Source of the DNA: Elsinoe ampelina | Taxonomy: Eukaryota | Length of the DNA stretch: 64,000 nucleotides | Assembly: GCA_010093995.1 (NCBI GenBank) | Contig: ML992505.1 | Location: forward strand, 870,273 to 934,272 | Reading direction: 5' to 3' | Part shown: one piece after another, positions 1-15,197 of the stretch | Layout: every line of letters starts with the position of its first letter | How positions within the stretch are numbered: position 1 is the stretch's first letter | Notes under the pieces: model-generated | Seen by the model: the letters and a program-made list of their open reading frames with translations, nothing else | What the model was told of the DNA's origin: nothing | Database searches by the model: none | Made by a program: the position numbers and the translations under genes

Positions 1-447
1 GATGCTTCATCTGGAAGCGTTCGGAAGTCGAATGGGTCACCGGGCGAGAAGATGACCGCTTGCTTTGAGAAGTAGCCATACGAGGGGTTGTACAGGCTGT
101 CTAGGCGGTGTCAGCTGCGTCCTGTATCAACCTGTATGTGTCTGACCTTCAATGAAATCTCGCATGAGCATCTTCACTCTTCGCGGTCTTTCTCTCCGAT
201 TTCGCAATTGATCCGATGTGACCATTGGTACCTTCTTGTACTCTTCCAACTTGTCCTCGGCCATGTAGTCCGTCCGTTGCTGCCATGAGCTTTCAGTCTT
301 GCTCCGTTCAATTCTTCGGTGTATGCTGCGGGTCTGTATCGGTGCTACTCGGGGCACCGTGGGTCGAAGCGCATGGCGAGCGCATGCTGTGCAAGGCCTG
401 TGTGTGAATAGTCGCTTAAACAAGCGGTCTAGCACTGCTGATTCCAT
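1..447 (-). CDS. Mitochondrial SAM-dependent (protein-arginine) methyltransferase, NDUFAF7/MidA (DUF185) family; 5' part only, runs off the window
   Basis: ATG at 447 with an Arg-rich presequence-like N-terminus. Intron 146-101 (GTCAGA...GCTGAC...TAG) joins MLMRDFIE to DSLYNPSYGYFSKQAVIF, matching the family's DF..D.LY.P.YGYF motif. Confidence 0.75.
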
Positions 448-674
448 GTGGTTTAGTGCAGTGTTTCAAGCATTCTTGTCTGGTTACTCAAACGTGATGC
501 TCTCCGCATGTCGAGATGTGGCTGGTGAGAAGCACGCGCCACATTTGACCATAATATCAGATTCACATTAATCAGACCATCCATGTCTCTTCGCAACAGG
601 GTATCTCGGATTCACGCTGAAACGATGGCTATAGATTTATGACGCGTATTTGAAAATACTGTAACGACTTCATC

Positions 675-2301
<1,627 letters not shown>

Positions 2302-2317
2302 GTGTAGCTCGAGCTTC

Positions 2318-5300
2318 CTAGCTGAGCTCATCATCCGAAGCATCATGTACAGGGACTGGCCCGCTTCTGATTGTGCTGGTCGCTGATCCAGTGGAAATTA
2401 CAGACGGTGCTCTGGTTTTCTGATTCTGAGGTGTACTAAAGGCCCGTCGAAGCACACTGGATCGAAGCATCTCATTCTTCGAGGTCAATCGCTTGGGTAT
2501 CGAGAACAGCTGAAGAGGTGTCATCTGCGCAGCGATTGGCAGATCGTAGTTGCTCTTACTACGCGAGGTCACAAACAATGAATGATTATCATCTGGTGAG
2601 GGACCAGGAGTTGGAAGAGCTGGTGGTCCTTCTAGATCTGGCGATTGTTCTCTGAGAGCGGGGTCCAGTGGAAAATCGTAGACTGCAGGTTCAGGCCGAC
2701 TTGGAGCCCGAGGCGTCTGGCTTGACGGCGGGAAATGCACAGGCTGCATGCATTCAAATGTGGCTTGGACAGCAGGTTGCACAGAAGGCTCAAGTCGCGG
2801 ATCGACCGTTGAGTGAAGTTCGGGAGATGGCCGCGGAGCATGCGATGAGGTCGCTGCCGAATGCACTGATACTGCAGGGGACAGCCGTGGATGAGGTGGT
2901 GATGTCGGTGCTGGTGTCGCCACTGCCTGTACAGTCTCCACAGGTGTGGTAGCGCGCGAAGTTTGACTAGGCACCGGTAATTCTGCACCTTTAGTTGTTT
3001 CAGCAGTGGTTTTCTTCCGAGAAGTTCGCGTTGCCTGTTGTGAATCCTTCGTTCTTCTCCTTTTCTTCCGCTTCCAGGGCTCTTTCTTGAATGATCTAAA
3101 TTCGGGAGTAGATTGCGTAGCCTGCGCCAAGTTTGGATTCGTAGGACTCCCTGGATCGTGACTGTCGTTCGAGGCACCGCGCGCCCCTGATCGTCTTTGA
3201 ATTGGCGTTGGCACATCCAGAGGGTCTCGATCTGTCTCATGAGCATCACGTGCCTGTCCTGCCGCATCCGTGCTTGATCGACATGCATACCCTTCGATAC
3301 CCGGGAGAAGATCGTGGTCGCCACTCGCTGCGGAGTTTCGTCTCCTACGCTTCCGCCCAGATATCTTCCGGATTGCATTCCGGATCTCGTCTGAAGCAGC
3401 GACCACCGGAACTGTAGGATTGAGGCCGGCCGCATGACTGTCCCACTCTAGCAGCATAAAGTCTTTGTCCGAGTCTAGTCGTCCATTCCTTTCTCGTGCC
3501 TGGTGTCTCTCGATTGCATCATACAATCTCTTCTTTTCGGCAAAGTCGCTGGTAGACATTCGTCCTGGAGCTCTCTTGACTATTGTGAAACCAGTGGGTT
3601 CTGATGGGTCTTCCACGATTCGAAACGTGGCTGATGCTATCGCGGGTGCCAGCACGTTGAAAGCCTTTGTACGCGGGGCTTGTGATACTGGGCCTATCTG
3701 GGATGTTGGCGTGGCTTCTCCTTGTGCATGGGCACTTCCACGGCGCTCACGGTCTGCTAGCCACATGTCGAGTGTCTCGGTAGGCGATGATGGCGAAGAG
3801 CCGTCTTCAATGACCTCCGTCTCACGTCGATCGACGTTCGTGCTTAGCTGTCCGTCTATAGCTTCATCTTCGTCCGGGGGCGCAGCATGATCCGCATCTT
3901 GTTGCAGATGTCGTCCACGAGAGCCGCTTTCATCCTCGTGGTCTACTACGGCGGGTTCAAAACTCCCAGCTGGATCTCTTGCGGTAGAATTGTATCTAGT
4001 CTCCTGCGGTTCCATGTGACCATCCACATGGTGAGAAATTGACGGGTCGACTTGGCGTTCTGACGGCGCTGTTGACTGTCGCTCGGCAGCACGTCCATCC
4101 TCAGGCCCAGCGTCCGTGGCATCGTGGTCGTCGAGTTCCACAAGACGGCTGGCGGTATTACTCCCATATCGCAGACCACCGAACTTCAAGGATCTGCTGT
4201 ATCTGACAGAGATAGAACTCTCAGTTCGATCCGGAAAGTATCTGAGAATTTCCGGCCAGCCCAAGCCTTCCTTTTCTTTCAACTGCACAAGGAGCAAGTC
4301 CTCCTCCTTGGTGAATCGTCTGACCTTCCCCTTGCCGGCTCGCACGAAAAGCCGACGCCCGTCTCCATCGTACAGCTCAGGTGTGATGCGATTGCCTATG
4401 CTGTCATATATCGCCGATACAAGTGGCTCCGGTGATGGTTCTCTAATAGCGGCATCCTTGCTTTCACCTGTTTTCAAGAAGCCTCGATTGACGAAACCGT
4501 GGGCCAACATCTGGAAATTGTGCTGTGCCGACTCCAGGAACGAGTCGTCGGTTCTGACCTCCATTTGTGGTGCAGAATCCGCTTCGGGGATGTCATCCAT
4601 TTGCATGCGACCTTGCTCTGCCCATACATCGCCTCTCCTGTCGGGGTCTTGAGCGTCAGCTGCAGCCTCAGTTTCCACAGACTGGATGACGTCGTCTCGC
4701 TGATTGATAGCGATACTATCGTGATATCTACGCTTCTTTCGGGCCGGCTGAGCCCTACCAAAGTCGTCATCGTCATCTTGGTCGCCTGTAGCCCACAGAG
4801 ATCTGTTCCCGGTTGGTGATACAGATCGTCTTCCCTCGGAGAAGGCACCGGGCGTCGCAGGGACTTGAGCAGGTTGTGCGCGATGTGATGGCAGAGAAGG
4901 GTATGCCCAGGGGTCATTCCTGACCACTGCATGATTTGTAGCCACCTGCTGGTTCAAGAATGAAGCGATCTGATTCGCAAGAGCCTGGCCCAGTGATTGG
5001 ACCGAGTTCGGGTCAAGTGGTCTCATGCTCGAGGCGCCGGCGTGTGCAACAGTGGTCAACGAAGTAGATTGCTGTGACAGTTGCGGTGGCTCTGGAGTGA
5101 CTGTCCTGGTAAGATTCGCAGGTCTGACTGATGCGACTCGAGTCGAAGGGGCCGTTTGCCTGGATGGACTAGATTGCAGCTCGTCCTCCGAGTCGTCGTC
5201 CTACTGCTATATTAGCCGCCGCGCATCCACCTGCACAAATACTGCATGCGCCGCACCTCATTAAGCACGAAAGACCTGCTTAGAGCGGATGTTGCACCCT

Positions 5301-5622
5301 GCTGCCTCCTGCTATTGTTCAAAGCTCTTGTTTCTTGATGATCGTCCGCCCCAAGCTCTTGGGTAAATGCTCTGACGAATTGCTTGGAAGCCTTTGATCC
5401 AGGATCGCGCTCGTTCTGCATGCGCGAGAGGTGTCCATTGTCGACGACTACCCGGCCGGTCCTGAGGTCGATTTCGTCGCCTACTTGTGAGAAGTCCTTG
5501 TTATATTTCTCGAAGATGCGCTCGAATCGACTCTTGAGTTTGGCGTCATTGCGGGCTCTGTCTCGTTGCAGCTCAGGATCTGGTGCCGCGGGCGTGTGCC
5601 GCCTGAAGGGCGTACCCAGCAT
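2318..5622 (-). CDS. SCM3: Scm3-domain (CENP-A/Cse4 chaperone) protein with Myb-like domain
   Basis: N-terminal RARNDAKLKSRFERIFEKYNKDFSQVGDEIDLRTGRVVVDNGHL is the Scm3 signature. Intron 5256-5201 joins in frame to the 913-aa ORF, which contains the Myb-like RRFTKEEDLLLVQLKEKEGLGWPEILRYFPDRTESSISVRY. Confidence 0.85.
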
Positions 5623-6300
5623 GTTCGGTTCTCTCAGTATATAAGCTGCATGTTAAACATGCTCCCTGTGGATGCTAAGAAAAGCAATGTTGGTCTGGAA
5701 TCGTTGTTCGACATTGAAGGTTGCACGGACAGAGGTAGACGTGTCGCGGGGGAGAAGTCGCGACGGTCCCTGATTCTGCATGCACTTTTTCCTTGGCCAA
5801 GGCAGGTTTTACCGACGGGAAGGAGCCCACAAATGATTTTCGCTCGAGAGATGTCAAGCTCACAGGGATCGCTCCGCTGTGTGGAGAAGAGCGCTCACGA
5901 CCTGCGGTTCATGTGAGGGAACAGGGAATAGTCAGGAGTTCATCGTGAAAGCATCAATCGGGCCGAACCCCTCTGGATATCGGGAGGTCATAGCTCTATT
6001 CCGTCTGGCTAAAATATCACGGACATAACCTTCGGGGTGATAGCGGACAAGCCATGAAGGTCCATTCATAGGAATGTCTATTGAAACTCTCCTTTTGCCG
6101 TCGTCTGATAAAGCCACGCATTTTGCGAGACGGTTCATCTCGTTGGTATCATGAGCACATCTGCCAGATCGTTGTCATCTCCAAGCTCGTGTCTTAATCG
6201 CCATAACGTTGTCGTGTCGAAGCTGTAAAAGCAAATGCGCAAGTCGCAGACCTGCTCATTTGACCGAAAAAGAAAAGAGGTCGACATGGTGGTGCTGGTT

Positions 6301-7018
6301 TTAGTAGCCACCCTGAGGACCGCCCTGAGGAGGCCCACCCTGGTAACCACCTTGGGGCATCTGTCCGCCGTATGGACCTGGACCGCCAGGTCCTCCCTGA
6401 CGCCAGTTGCCGGACATCTGCTGACCCTGTCCACCTCCGTAGCCTAAAACTTGTTGGCAAGATCACCGCAAAGGAAGCTGAGAATGCTCACCATAACCTC
6501 CTCCACCACCATAAGGAGCCTGACCGTAACCTCCACCTCCTCCCATACCGTATCCTCCCCCACGAGGAGGGCCACCAAAGCCCCCACGGCCTCCTCCAGG
6601 TGCGCCAGAACGTTCGGAAGCCTTGTCGACGCGAATCTGACGTCCGTCGAACCTAAGGACTAACATCAGTATCGTGTGACGTGCCTCCAATAGAGGGTGC
6701 AAATTCACTCCACATTGTTCATCGACTCAATGGCCTTCTCAGCATCTGCCTCATTCTGGAAGCGCACAAAACCGAAACCTCTGCTGCGTCCAGTATCGCG
6801 ATCTTTGACGACAACCTGAAGTAAAGTGTCAGACACAAGCTTCGGTCAATCTGAGCGACCAAAGGCTGCACCCACAGCTTCATCGACCTGACCAAACTCC
6901 TCAAACTTTGCGCGCAGGGTCGCGTCGTCGGTGTGCCATGCAAGGCCGCTAGTAGAGTCAGTAATAGCTTCAATTGAAGCGCCATTGACCCAACAAACCC
7001 TATGAAAAGTTTCGACAT
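6301..7018 (-). CDS. Glycine-rich RNA-binding protein (single RRM), 5 exons
   Basis: Spliced [15 protein letters not shown]...[22 protein letters not shown]...[17 protein letters not shown], then a Gly/Tyr/Gln-rich tail ending GGY-TAA at 6301-6303. RNP2 and RNP1 are both present. Confidence 0.92.
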
Positions 7019-9573
7019 GTTGAGTGTAAAAGTGAAAAGTAGCTGAGACTAGTTGCGAAGAGAGACGTGTAAAGTAGTAGCTCCAAGTGAGCACGGATTC
7101 AAGGCCGTTTGCGATCGATAAGTCAAAGCTATTGCGAGCGAATCAGTAAAGACGCATCTTCCATGTCGATGCTAGGGCAAAGCAAGGAACGGCTTCGACG
7201 TTGGAATAGGGAGATTGAAGGAGCTTTGATGCCGTTGAGGTAACAGGCATGGGTAAGGTGAATATTTGCGGTGTGAGATGGGCCAAGAACGCCAGGGTGA
7301 CAGGAAGGGGAGCGCACGTTCGCGTAATGGGCGCAATGTGGCTTCTCAAAGGGGACAGAGCAGAATGGAACTTACCACAATCGTCAATGGCTGCTCATGT
7401 GCGCCAGGAATGCGTGAGTCGGAGGTGAGGCGGTCGGAGGTGGGCTTGCGAGGGAAGGGAAGTCAAAAGCGAAGGTCGAAGGAAAGTCAAGAGATCGGAT
7501 TGGCAATGTCGACAGCGGCGGGGACTAATGCTCAAACGGTGGTTCGGTTTGGGCCCGGTCGCAAAAAAACTTGACAGACAGGACCAGGTGGCAGAAAGAC
7601 AGAGGAGACTGGTGCAGGTGGGTTTCTTGGTCCTGGAATGGGGAATCGGTGCGGGTTGGTGAGAGCTCAGAGGTGTGGGTGAGGCGGACGGTTGAACAGG
7701 TACTGTATTTTAGATGCCGCAGGATGGCATTCGAAATTCGACGCTAGGACTGTAGCAGAGAGGGAATCAGTGAGATTACAAGACCAACCCACGAGTCTGT
7801 CACACGTCCAATTTGCTTGTTTGACGCTACCACTGCCCTAACGACATGTCATGATGCCTTGCGAAAAAGTCCGGCGGGTCTCTAAAAGGATAAGAAGGGG
7901 GGGAAGGGAACAGACAGGGAGGGGTGGACATCCGCGATAGTCCCCGAGAACAGTTGAACCGGGTTTGGTTCCATATGCAAAGCCGGTGGACGAACTGAAG
8001 CTTGTTCAAGAGCACAGATACAGCTCGTTTGGCAAGTCTGGCGGACTATCAATTCGCTGGACCCAAAAGGTACCAAGACAAGCTCCGTGGTAAACCGCGA
8101 GAAGGAATAGAAAAATGCGAGTATCGACGTGGGGATTGGATCAAGCGTTTCATGGGCTCAAGCACATCTCCCGCACCTGACCTTTACTCCCGGACGCGGC
8201 CCGGTTCCACATCCCGACGCCAGTTGAAAAGCCATCGTCCGTGTGTGGCTGCCAATGATAGATCGAGATGAGATCCCCAGCTGTCGGACGCGGTGGACCG
8301 TGGACATTTCGCTGCACGCAGGACAGATATCGCGTGGCCAGGTGGTCTGCAGGAGAGGACCTAGGTCTCCCGCAAATATAGGATCGAACCAATAATGTCA
8401 AGCTGTCATCTAGTCTCATGACGACCTGCGGCACGAGGCGTCAGGCCGATGTGGTCGCTCCATTTGCAATCTGGGAATTGTGAAACCTGGACGTGCCAAT
8501 TGCGTGCGGACTAGCCTGGTGCGCGAGTCGAGCTGATTGCGAGTCGGTGACAGACGGGGAAAGGTATACGTGTTCGGAACTGTCAATGATTTAGTTAGAC
8601 CAGAGATTTCAAAGGAAACAACGTCGTCGAGGCTTTGACAAGGCTTGTGGTTGATGAGTCGGCAAACTCTTGTTGGAACGTCTAGACCGTGACCTTGACA
8701 CCCGACACTGAACCATTGTGGCAATGATCGTCTGCTATGCTTTGGTCCTGCGGCATCCTGGGACCAAAGTCACCAAATTGATCGCCAACGGGGGCTTTCC
8801 TAGTCAGCCCTGCTGAGCATGACATCCCTGACCCCCGATGCTCTGGGCGCATCTTCCCGTGTGGGAGGATTCACTCCTGGTCAAATTGCCTTTGATCGCC
8901 ACCATGGGGCCATTTTTGGCTGTTTGAGCCGCACTTTGTAAAACGTTCATCCTTCAGTTCACCGTCCTGCCGTCAGCCCCAGATTGACTTGCTTCTGCGG
9001 CTTTTCCGCAGCAACTACCGATTTCTTATGCTATTCAAAGAATGGTTTTGATCGGACACCGCTACACCACACCTTGTGCTCAGATGGGTGACCCGAGCTT
9101 GAACCACTTGATGCATGGAAATATGCCGATTGTGTTTGTCTACTACGGCGGCAGACAGCGGTTGCATGAGCTCGGGTGATTGACAGCATGTGGCGTGCAT
9201 AAGTGTGGAAGCATGGCCAGTCGGAGGTGACCGCAGGGTGTTGACGATCGTCAATAGAGGCCGCTGTAGGTATGCATCGGCACTATTTGAGCAAAACCAT
9301 CCCGCTTGTCTGTTCTGAGGCTCATGCTGTACCTGCCTCGATCATTCGGATAGGGTGATCGCAACACAAAAGTCGAGAGCAGAAGCTAACATTTGAGGCG
9401 CCACGGCAAATTTGAAGACCATCGTTCGCTCGGTAGCTGGGGTGCGAGACGTACCTTCCTTCTCTCCAAGCCCAAGAATCCGAACAGGGTAGGTGCTCGA
9501 CTCGCTCGTCGATAACATCACAGTTCCTTGAAAGTCAAAGAATCACATTTCGCCTGATCCGTCGAGTCTCACT

Positions 9574-11613
9574 ATGGATATCAACAACTGGCTGCATGGA
9601 CTAGATACAATCAGACCGCCGATCAATACTGATCCACACGTTCACCGGCAGCAGCCACGACGCAAGTCGCCAGCGAATAGTTCCATTCTACAACCTGAGG
9701 AAGACCGAAGCGAGCCGAGGAACCTCTACGAACCATGGAATACTTCTCACCGCCACGTCGGTGCTCGTCGACCTGCAGCTCGTGAGCGACACGCTGGACA
9801 TGCAAGTATCAGCTCGGCCACATCGAGATCCGCCGCTAGCGCCCCCCACGGCGCATCCTATTCCCCACAGTTGTACAAGCGCAGATCACGACACAAGACC
9901 AAGCAAGATCGATATGATCCAAAAGTTCGTCACGTGAGACAAGAGCCCAGGAGCAGACATACCGAGCAGAAGCAATCGCGTTCAAGAAAGAAGCATCGTG
10001 AGGCGCGACCTGAAAGTCTACAGTTGGAGAAACACAAACCTGACAATGTGTCTGGTCAACGCGTCACGGTATGTGCTTGGTCAGAGTGACTCCGTGGAGC
10101 AACAGGCTAATACGTGTTTGTAGCTCAAACCGAGCCTGCGGTCAGGCCTCTTCAGACAGGGCATCAGCTCACTTCCGGCGAGAGCAAAGACGAAGCCCTG
10201 TAAGATTCTACCCAAAACCAGTAAACAATTGATTGACGTTTCAAAGTGGAGGATCTGACCTTCCGAGAGAACAATTTTCTGGACGGGGATGATCAACGAA
10301 AGGCTGATGGCCAGACTGGAAGTATAACATCAAAGAAGCGGAAGCACGATCAGAGGGAACGCGTCATTGTGCAAGAGCAACAATACGACGACTACTTCGA
10401 CCAGAAGACGAAATTTGTGAGACGTGAAGATTGTCAAGTGAATCGAAATCTTCCTCAATTGGATGGAGAGCTGCGACCAGGGAGGCTTGATCGTCAACAC
10501 ATCACTGAGACTGCCGCATCTCTGCCACGACATGCTATAGCTCTATCCTCAAGCATGCACAGGGATACTGCACGTGCATCATCCGGACTTCTCATGGGCA
10601 AGCCAGGGAGCAAATCATCTCCACGACCCATCGAGCCGTCGGGCTTTCGAATCACTACATCAGCATCCGAGCGAATTCCAAAGACTTTGTCTCCATTCGT
10701 TTCGCGGCTCAATACTGACACATATCGGCATGACCCTGGAACGAACTCGAACCAGCTTCGCGAACATATTCACCGCGAAGCCAGACCACTTGTTCAATAC
10801 TCTGAAAGTGAGAGTAGTCCTGAGAGGAGAAGCCCGCACTGGTCTCTTCGGCACAGGTACGCACAATTGAGTCCCTCCACCGGACGGCACACACCCATGC
10901 AGTTGCCCACTGCCACAGCACTTGCTGAAGAAACTCACAGCCGACTCTCAAACGACCGCTCTCAGAAGCATCATTCTGGCTCTGAAATGTCGGCTGCGCG
11001 AGACCGAAGAAGAACATCATCGATAGGCGCACGATCTAAAGAATACTGTGTCAGGAAAGCACCATCTGGGGCTGAGAGTCTCATCAGACCTCTACGCCTG
11101 CCCCTGACGACGATTAGTGGAAACGCGCACGAAATACAACGTGAAGAGACTGGACTGCGGGCCCGTCACAAGCAGTTCAATGGTACCTATTTTGGACAGC
11201 CTATTCTTCACCAAAGTCCAATCCTAAACGCCACTGCGCCCCTCTACAGACTTCCATCACCCCTTGCGAATCTTCGGCCTTCTCCTGGGCCGATACACTA
11301 TGGCCTAACGGATCGGTTTGGTACTGCTTCTCCGCATCCACAAGAGACTACCCATGCATTTTGCAGTGAGGACGGGAAGTCAACATCTCATGTACTTGAA
11401 GCCGCGGATGTTGACTCCATACTGCAAGGTGAAGATAGTCTTGCACAGGAGTATCACGGGCATGAGGAAGCGGTAGGGTCTAGCTACCACGACTCCAAGT
11501 ATGGGAGAGAAGAACAAGCCCATCCACTATTGGGACATAGTCTCGCAAGGAAGCAAGAACCCATTCTCGATGAGCGGTTTGCGAACTTCTGGCATTCGAG
11601 CAAGTTATATTAG
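9574..11613 (+). CDS. Hypothetical, largely disordered basic protein (3 exons)
   Basis: ORFs 9574-10089 and 10246-11613 are joined through introns starting GTATGT (~10068) and GTAAGA (~10200) around a short exon LKPSLRSGLFRQG. No domain recognised. Confidence 0.7.
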
Positions 11614-11829
11614 TGTAGGAGATTCATTGATACCCCTCTGTCTGCTCTTCTCAATGCTGACTCGCTGTGATACTTGCATTGCGTGTAGTGCCATTCCAGA
11701 TCGTGGCCGACAAGCGGGTGGCGGAGAAAGGGTAGCTTCCCCCGAGATCAACCGGTCCAGAACATTTTCTCAGCCAAACATCATCAGAACAGTTCAGACT
11801 TTTCTCGATTCATCACGCCATTGGCCTGC

Positions 11830-13100
11830 ATGAGTGCACTACGACGATTGACCGCCACTTGTAGTTTGACCCGCGCCAATCCAAGGCAAGCTCTCTGCAC
11901 GCTGGCTCACCGAACCCCTTTTGCCCGCCCCGTAAACCCCACCCCTCCTCCCACCAGCGCGGCCAGTCCCGCCATCTTCGACAAAATTCAGCAACGAACA
12001 GCTCAAGTAGCTCGTCATTTGTCCGTAACTTCATCCAAAACATCTCCGAGCAGTCAATCGCAATCCACCATGGCCTCAAAGACTGCCCAGTATGGTGTGC
12101 GCACCATTGCTGCCCCTCACACTCTCGAGCACCGCATCTACATCGAGAAGGATGGTGTACCAGTGTCACCATTCCACGACATTCCCCTCTACGCCAACGA
12201 GCAGCAGACCGTCCTGAACATGGTCGTCGAGATCCCTCGCTGGACCAATGCCAAGCAGGAGGTAGGATACAGATGAGAAGAGCTTGGAGACACAAAGTTG
12301 GCTGACCGTCTCTACAGATCTCCAAGGAGGAGACCTTGAACCCCATCAAGCAGGACACGAAGAAGGGCAAGCTGCGATTCGTGCGCAACTGCTTCCCTCA
12401 CAAAGGGTACATCTGGAACTACGGAGCCTTCCCTCAGGTAAAGCAATCTGCCACAAACGCCGAACTGCCCCACTGACACAAGCCAGACCTGGGAAGATCC
12501 CAACGTCACTCACCCCGAGACCAAGGCTCAAGGCGACAATGATCCTCTCGATGTCTGCGAGATTGGTGAACTCGTCGCCAAGCCTGGTGAGATCAAGCAG
12601 GTCAAGGTTCTCGGTGTCATGGCTCTCCTCGATGAGGGCGAGACCGACTGGAAGATCATCGTTATTGATGTCAACGACCCGCTGGCACCCAAGCTCAACG
12701 ACATTGAGGACGTCGAGAGGCACCTACCTGGTCTCCTCCGCGCTACCAACGAATGGTTCCGCATCTACAAGATCCCCGATGGAAAGCCAGAGAACCAATT
12801 CGCCTTCTCGGGCGAGTGCAAGAACAAGAAATACGCCATGGAGGTCGTACGAGAGTGCGCAGAGGCATGGGACAGACTGATCGCTGGCAAGACCAACAAG
12901 GGCGAGATCTCGCTGTGAGTATCTAACGTTCGAGGAGTAGAATTTAAGCTCATTCATCCAGTGCAAATACTCAGGTCAGCAACTCTCCTGACCGCGCCGA
13001 CGCCAACCAGCTCAACATCCCCGCTGGTGACAACAAGGCTCCTGCTCCAATTGACCCGAGCATTGACAAGTGGTTCTTCATCTCTGGTGCGTCTGTCTAG
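11830..13100 (+). CDS. IPP1: Inorganic pyrophosphatase (family I) with upstream in-frame mitochondrial-type extension
   Basis: Motifs [55 protein letters not shown] and [11 protein letters not shown]; three introns. The conserved core starts at ATG 12070 and the upstream ATG is at 11830. Confidence 0.95.
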
Positions 13101-13372
13101 GAGACGACCAGTGTCTGGTAGCATGACGTACAAGCTCTGACGGATAGCATAAAAAGCCCCGGTACATAGAGAAAAGCCAAGGATATGACCCTCATTTTGA
13201 CAGCCGTGTGCAGTGCTAGCTGCATCTTCCATTTACCATTCCACAATTGGGAGGGCCTCCGTCGCTGGTGTCCATGTGCGTGCTACCGAGCAGTCGCCGC
13301 ATCTCTCCATGTCGTGACTTCGTGATATATGTTACAGATCCAAACCCTTCGTCTCTGTCCAATGCCATCTCC

Positions 13373-13725
13373 TCAACCGCTGAGCTCCTCCTGTCTCGTC
13401 AAGCCTCTCGAATGGCGGTCCACCTCACGCTGAATATCCCGAATCTTTAGCGTTTCGATGTCAAGATCCATCTGCTTGCCGTCCTCTGTTCACTGTCAGC
13501 ATTGCGCCATGACTCTTGAGAAGATTTTAAATGCATACTGAAAGACAAGCTTAAAGTGCCAGGCTGATTCGCTTGTGCTTGCGGAAGCATCTTCACATTG
13601 ATCTTCATGCCGGAACTGCGCGCATTGGGAGGTAGCATAGCGAGAAAGCTCCTCGCTGTCTTGCCGGAGCGAGGGTTGAAGGCAGAGAAGGTTGCATTGA
13701 CTGATGTGAGGTACCGAGTGATCAT
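13373..13725 (-). CDS. MRPL44: Mitochondrial ribosomal protein mL53 (L44)
   Basis: MITRYLTSVNATFSAFNPRSGKTARSFLAMLPPNAR, then one intron, then KDGKQMDLD...EVDRHSRGLTRQEELSG*. Confidence 0.88.
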
Positions 13726-13913
13726 CTTGGACCGGGGATCAGAGTGTGTGTTTCGCGGGTGTACACGTCGTGGTTGAACTTCTGCTGGCGTCGGAGTTGA
13801 AGATTTGCTGATGCCGCTTGCGGAAAGTCCACCGAGCTTGGAGAACACCTTGAGCAAACAACTTTCTGTCTCCGACACCTCAGATTGCTCATGACCTAAT
13901 TAACGACAATGCA

Positions 13914-15197
13914 ATGAGTCTCCGAGAAGCTTCGACTCGATCTAACGCACTAGTCGACGCTTTGCGCACCACATTCCAACAGATAGGAAAGCTCACCAAA
14001 GAGCCTGACACCGAGCTCGCCCAGGATATCCATGAGAGCTTGAAACAACACGAAGAGGCACTTGAGCTGCTCCAACAAGACGTCGAAGACTTCACGGCGC
14101 AAACGGATCGCCCGATCAGAAGAGAGACAGAGCGTGTGAAAGAGGGTGCACGTTTAGCAGCTCAGGTCCATCGACTCGCGGAGGATCTCAAGCAGTAGGC
14201 TGCACTGAGCACGTTCGGTCTATGTGAAGTCTGACGTCGTTACAGCGCAAGAAGCCAGTTCCGCAGAGCACAGCTTTCAGCAAAGCGATCGACCGAGAAC
14301 GCGAAAGTAGCCGAACGAGAAGCCCAACTTGCAGCCCTCAAACAGGCGTACACACAATCCGACAAGCCTGCAAGCTCGACTGATCTCTTCGCTGGTCGTC
14401 GGACCGCAAACAAGCAGCTCACAGAAGACGAGCTACTCCTCAACACTTCCTCCGACATCACTCTCGCTCTCCGGCAAACGCATAGCCAGCTCACATCAGA
14501 ACTCTCGCGATCAAGATTCGCTTCAGAGACACTAGCGCAGTCGACAGCTGCCCTGCAAGATCTTGGAGAACGCTATACCGACCTCGATACTCTACTTGCA
14601 AACAGTCGTAATCTGCTAGGAACGCTTGTCAAGAGCCAGAAGAGCGACACCTGGTACCTCGAGACTGCGTTCTACATCCTCTGCGTGACTCTCGGGTGGC
14701 TCATCTTCCGCCGTCTCATCTACGGACCTGCCTGGTGGTTTATCTGGCTTCCTACGAAGTACTTTCTGCTCCAGCCTTTCTTCTTCTTGCTGAGAGCGTT
14801 TGGTGGTTCAAGTGACGGAGTTGCTGGACTGAAGAGTACAGGCGTGAGTCGTCCGCCATTGAGGGTCCAGCCTAGTGCTAGTGGAGGGTCTCCAAAGCTA
14901 CCGGAAGGCTATAGGAGAATGGTGGTACCTGCTGGAGCAGGTGGTGGAGGTGCAAAGATCGGCCCGGATGGGACGCCATTGCAGCAGGAGGGATTGGCGG
15001 AGCAGATAGGCAGAATGGCAGAGGAGAGTAGAAAGGAGGCTGAGGGAAAAGGTACAGATCAGGAAGAGGGAAAGAAGAGGGCAGACGGCACAAAGTTGGA
15101 GCCCAGGGGTGATGTGCCCAAGAATCCAAAGAAGAAGACGTTCGATGTCGATGTGGAAGATGCTAAGGAGGAGCAAAGGCGAAGAGATGAGCTTTGA
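13914..15197 (+). CDS. SEC20: ER t-SNARE Sec20
   Basis: Coiled-coil N-terminus; intron 14195-14245; SNARE region SSDITLALR...SRNLLGTLVKSQKSDTWYLETAF followed by a TM segment; C-terminal RDEL retrieval signal. Confidence 0.88.

Noticed and set aside
5932..6200. Short protein-like ORF between Scm3 and the glycine-rich RBP
   Set aside because: Only 68 aa, with no motif or splice support; it lies in the probable 3' UTR/promoter interval.
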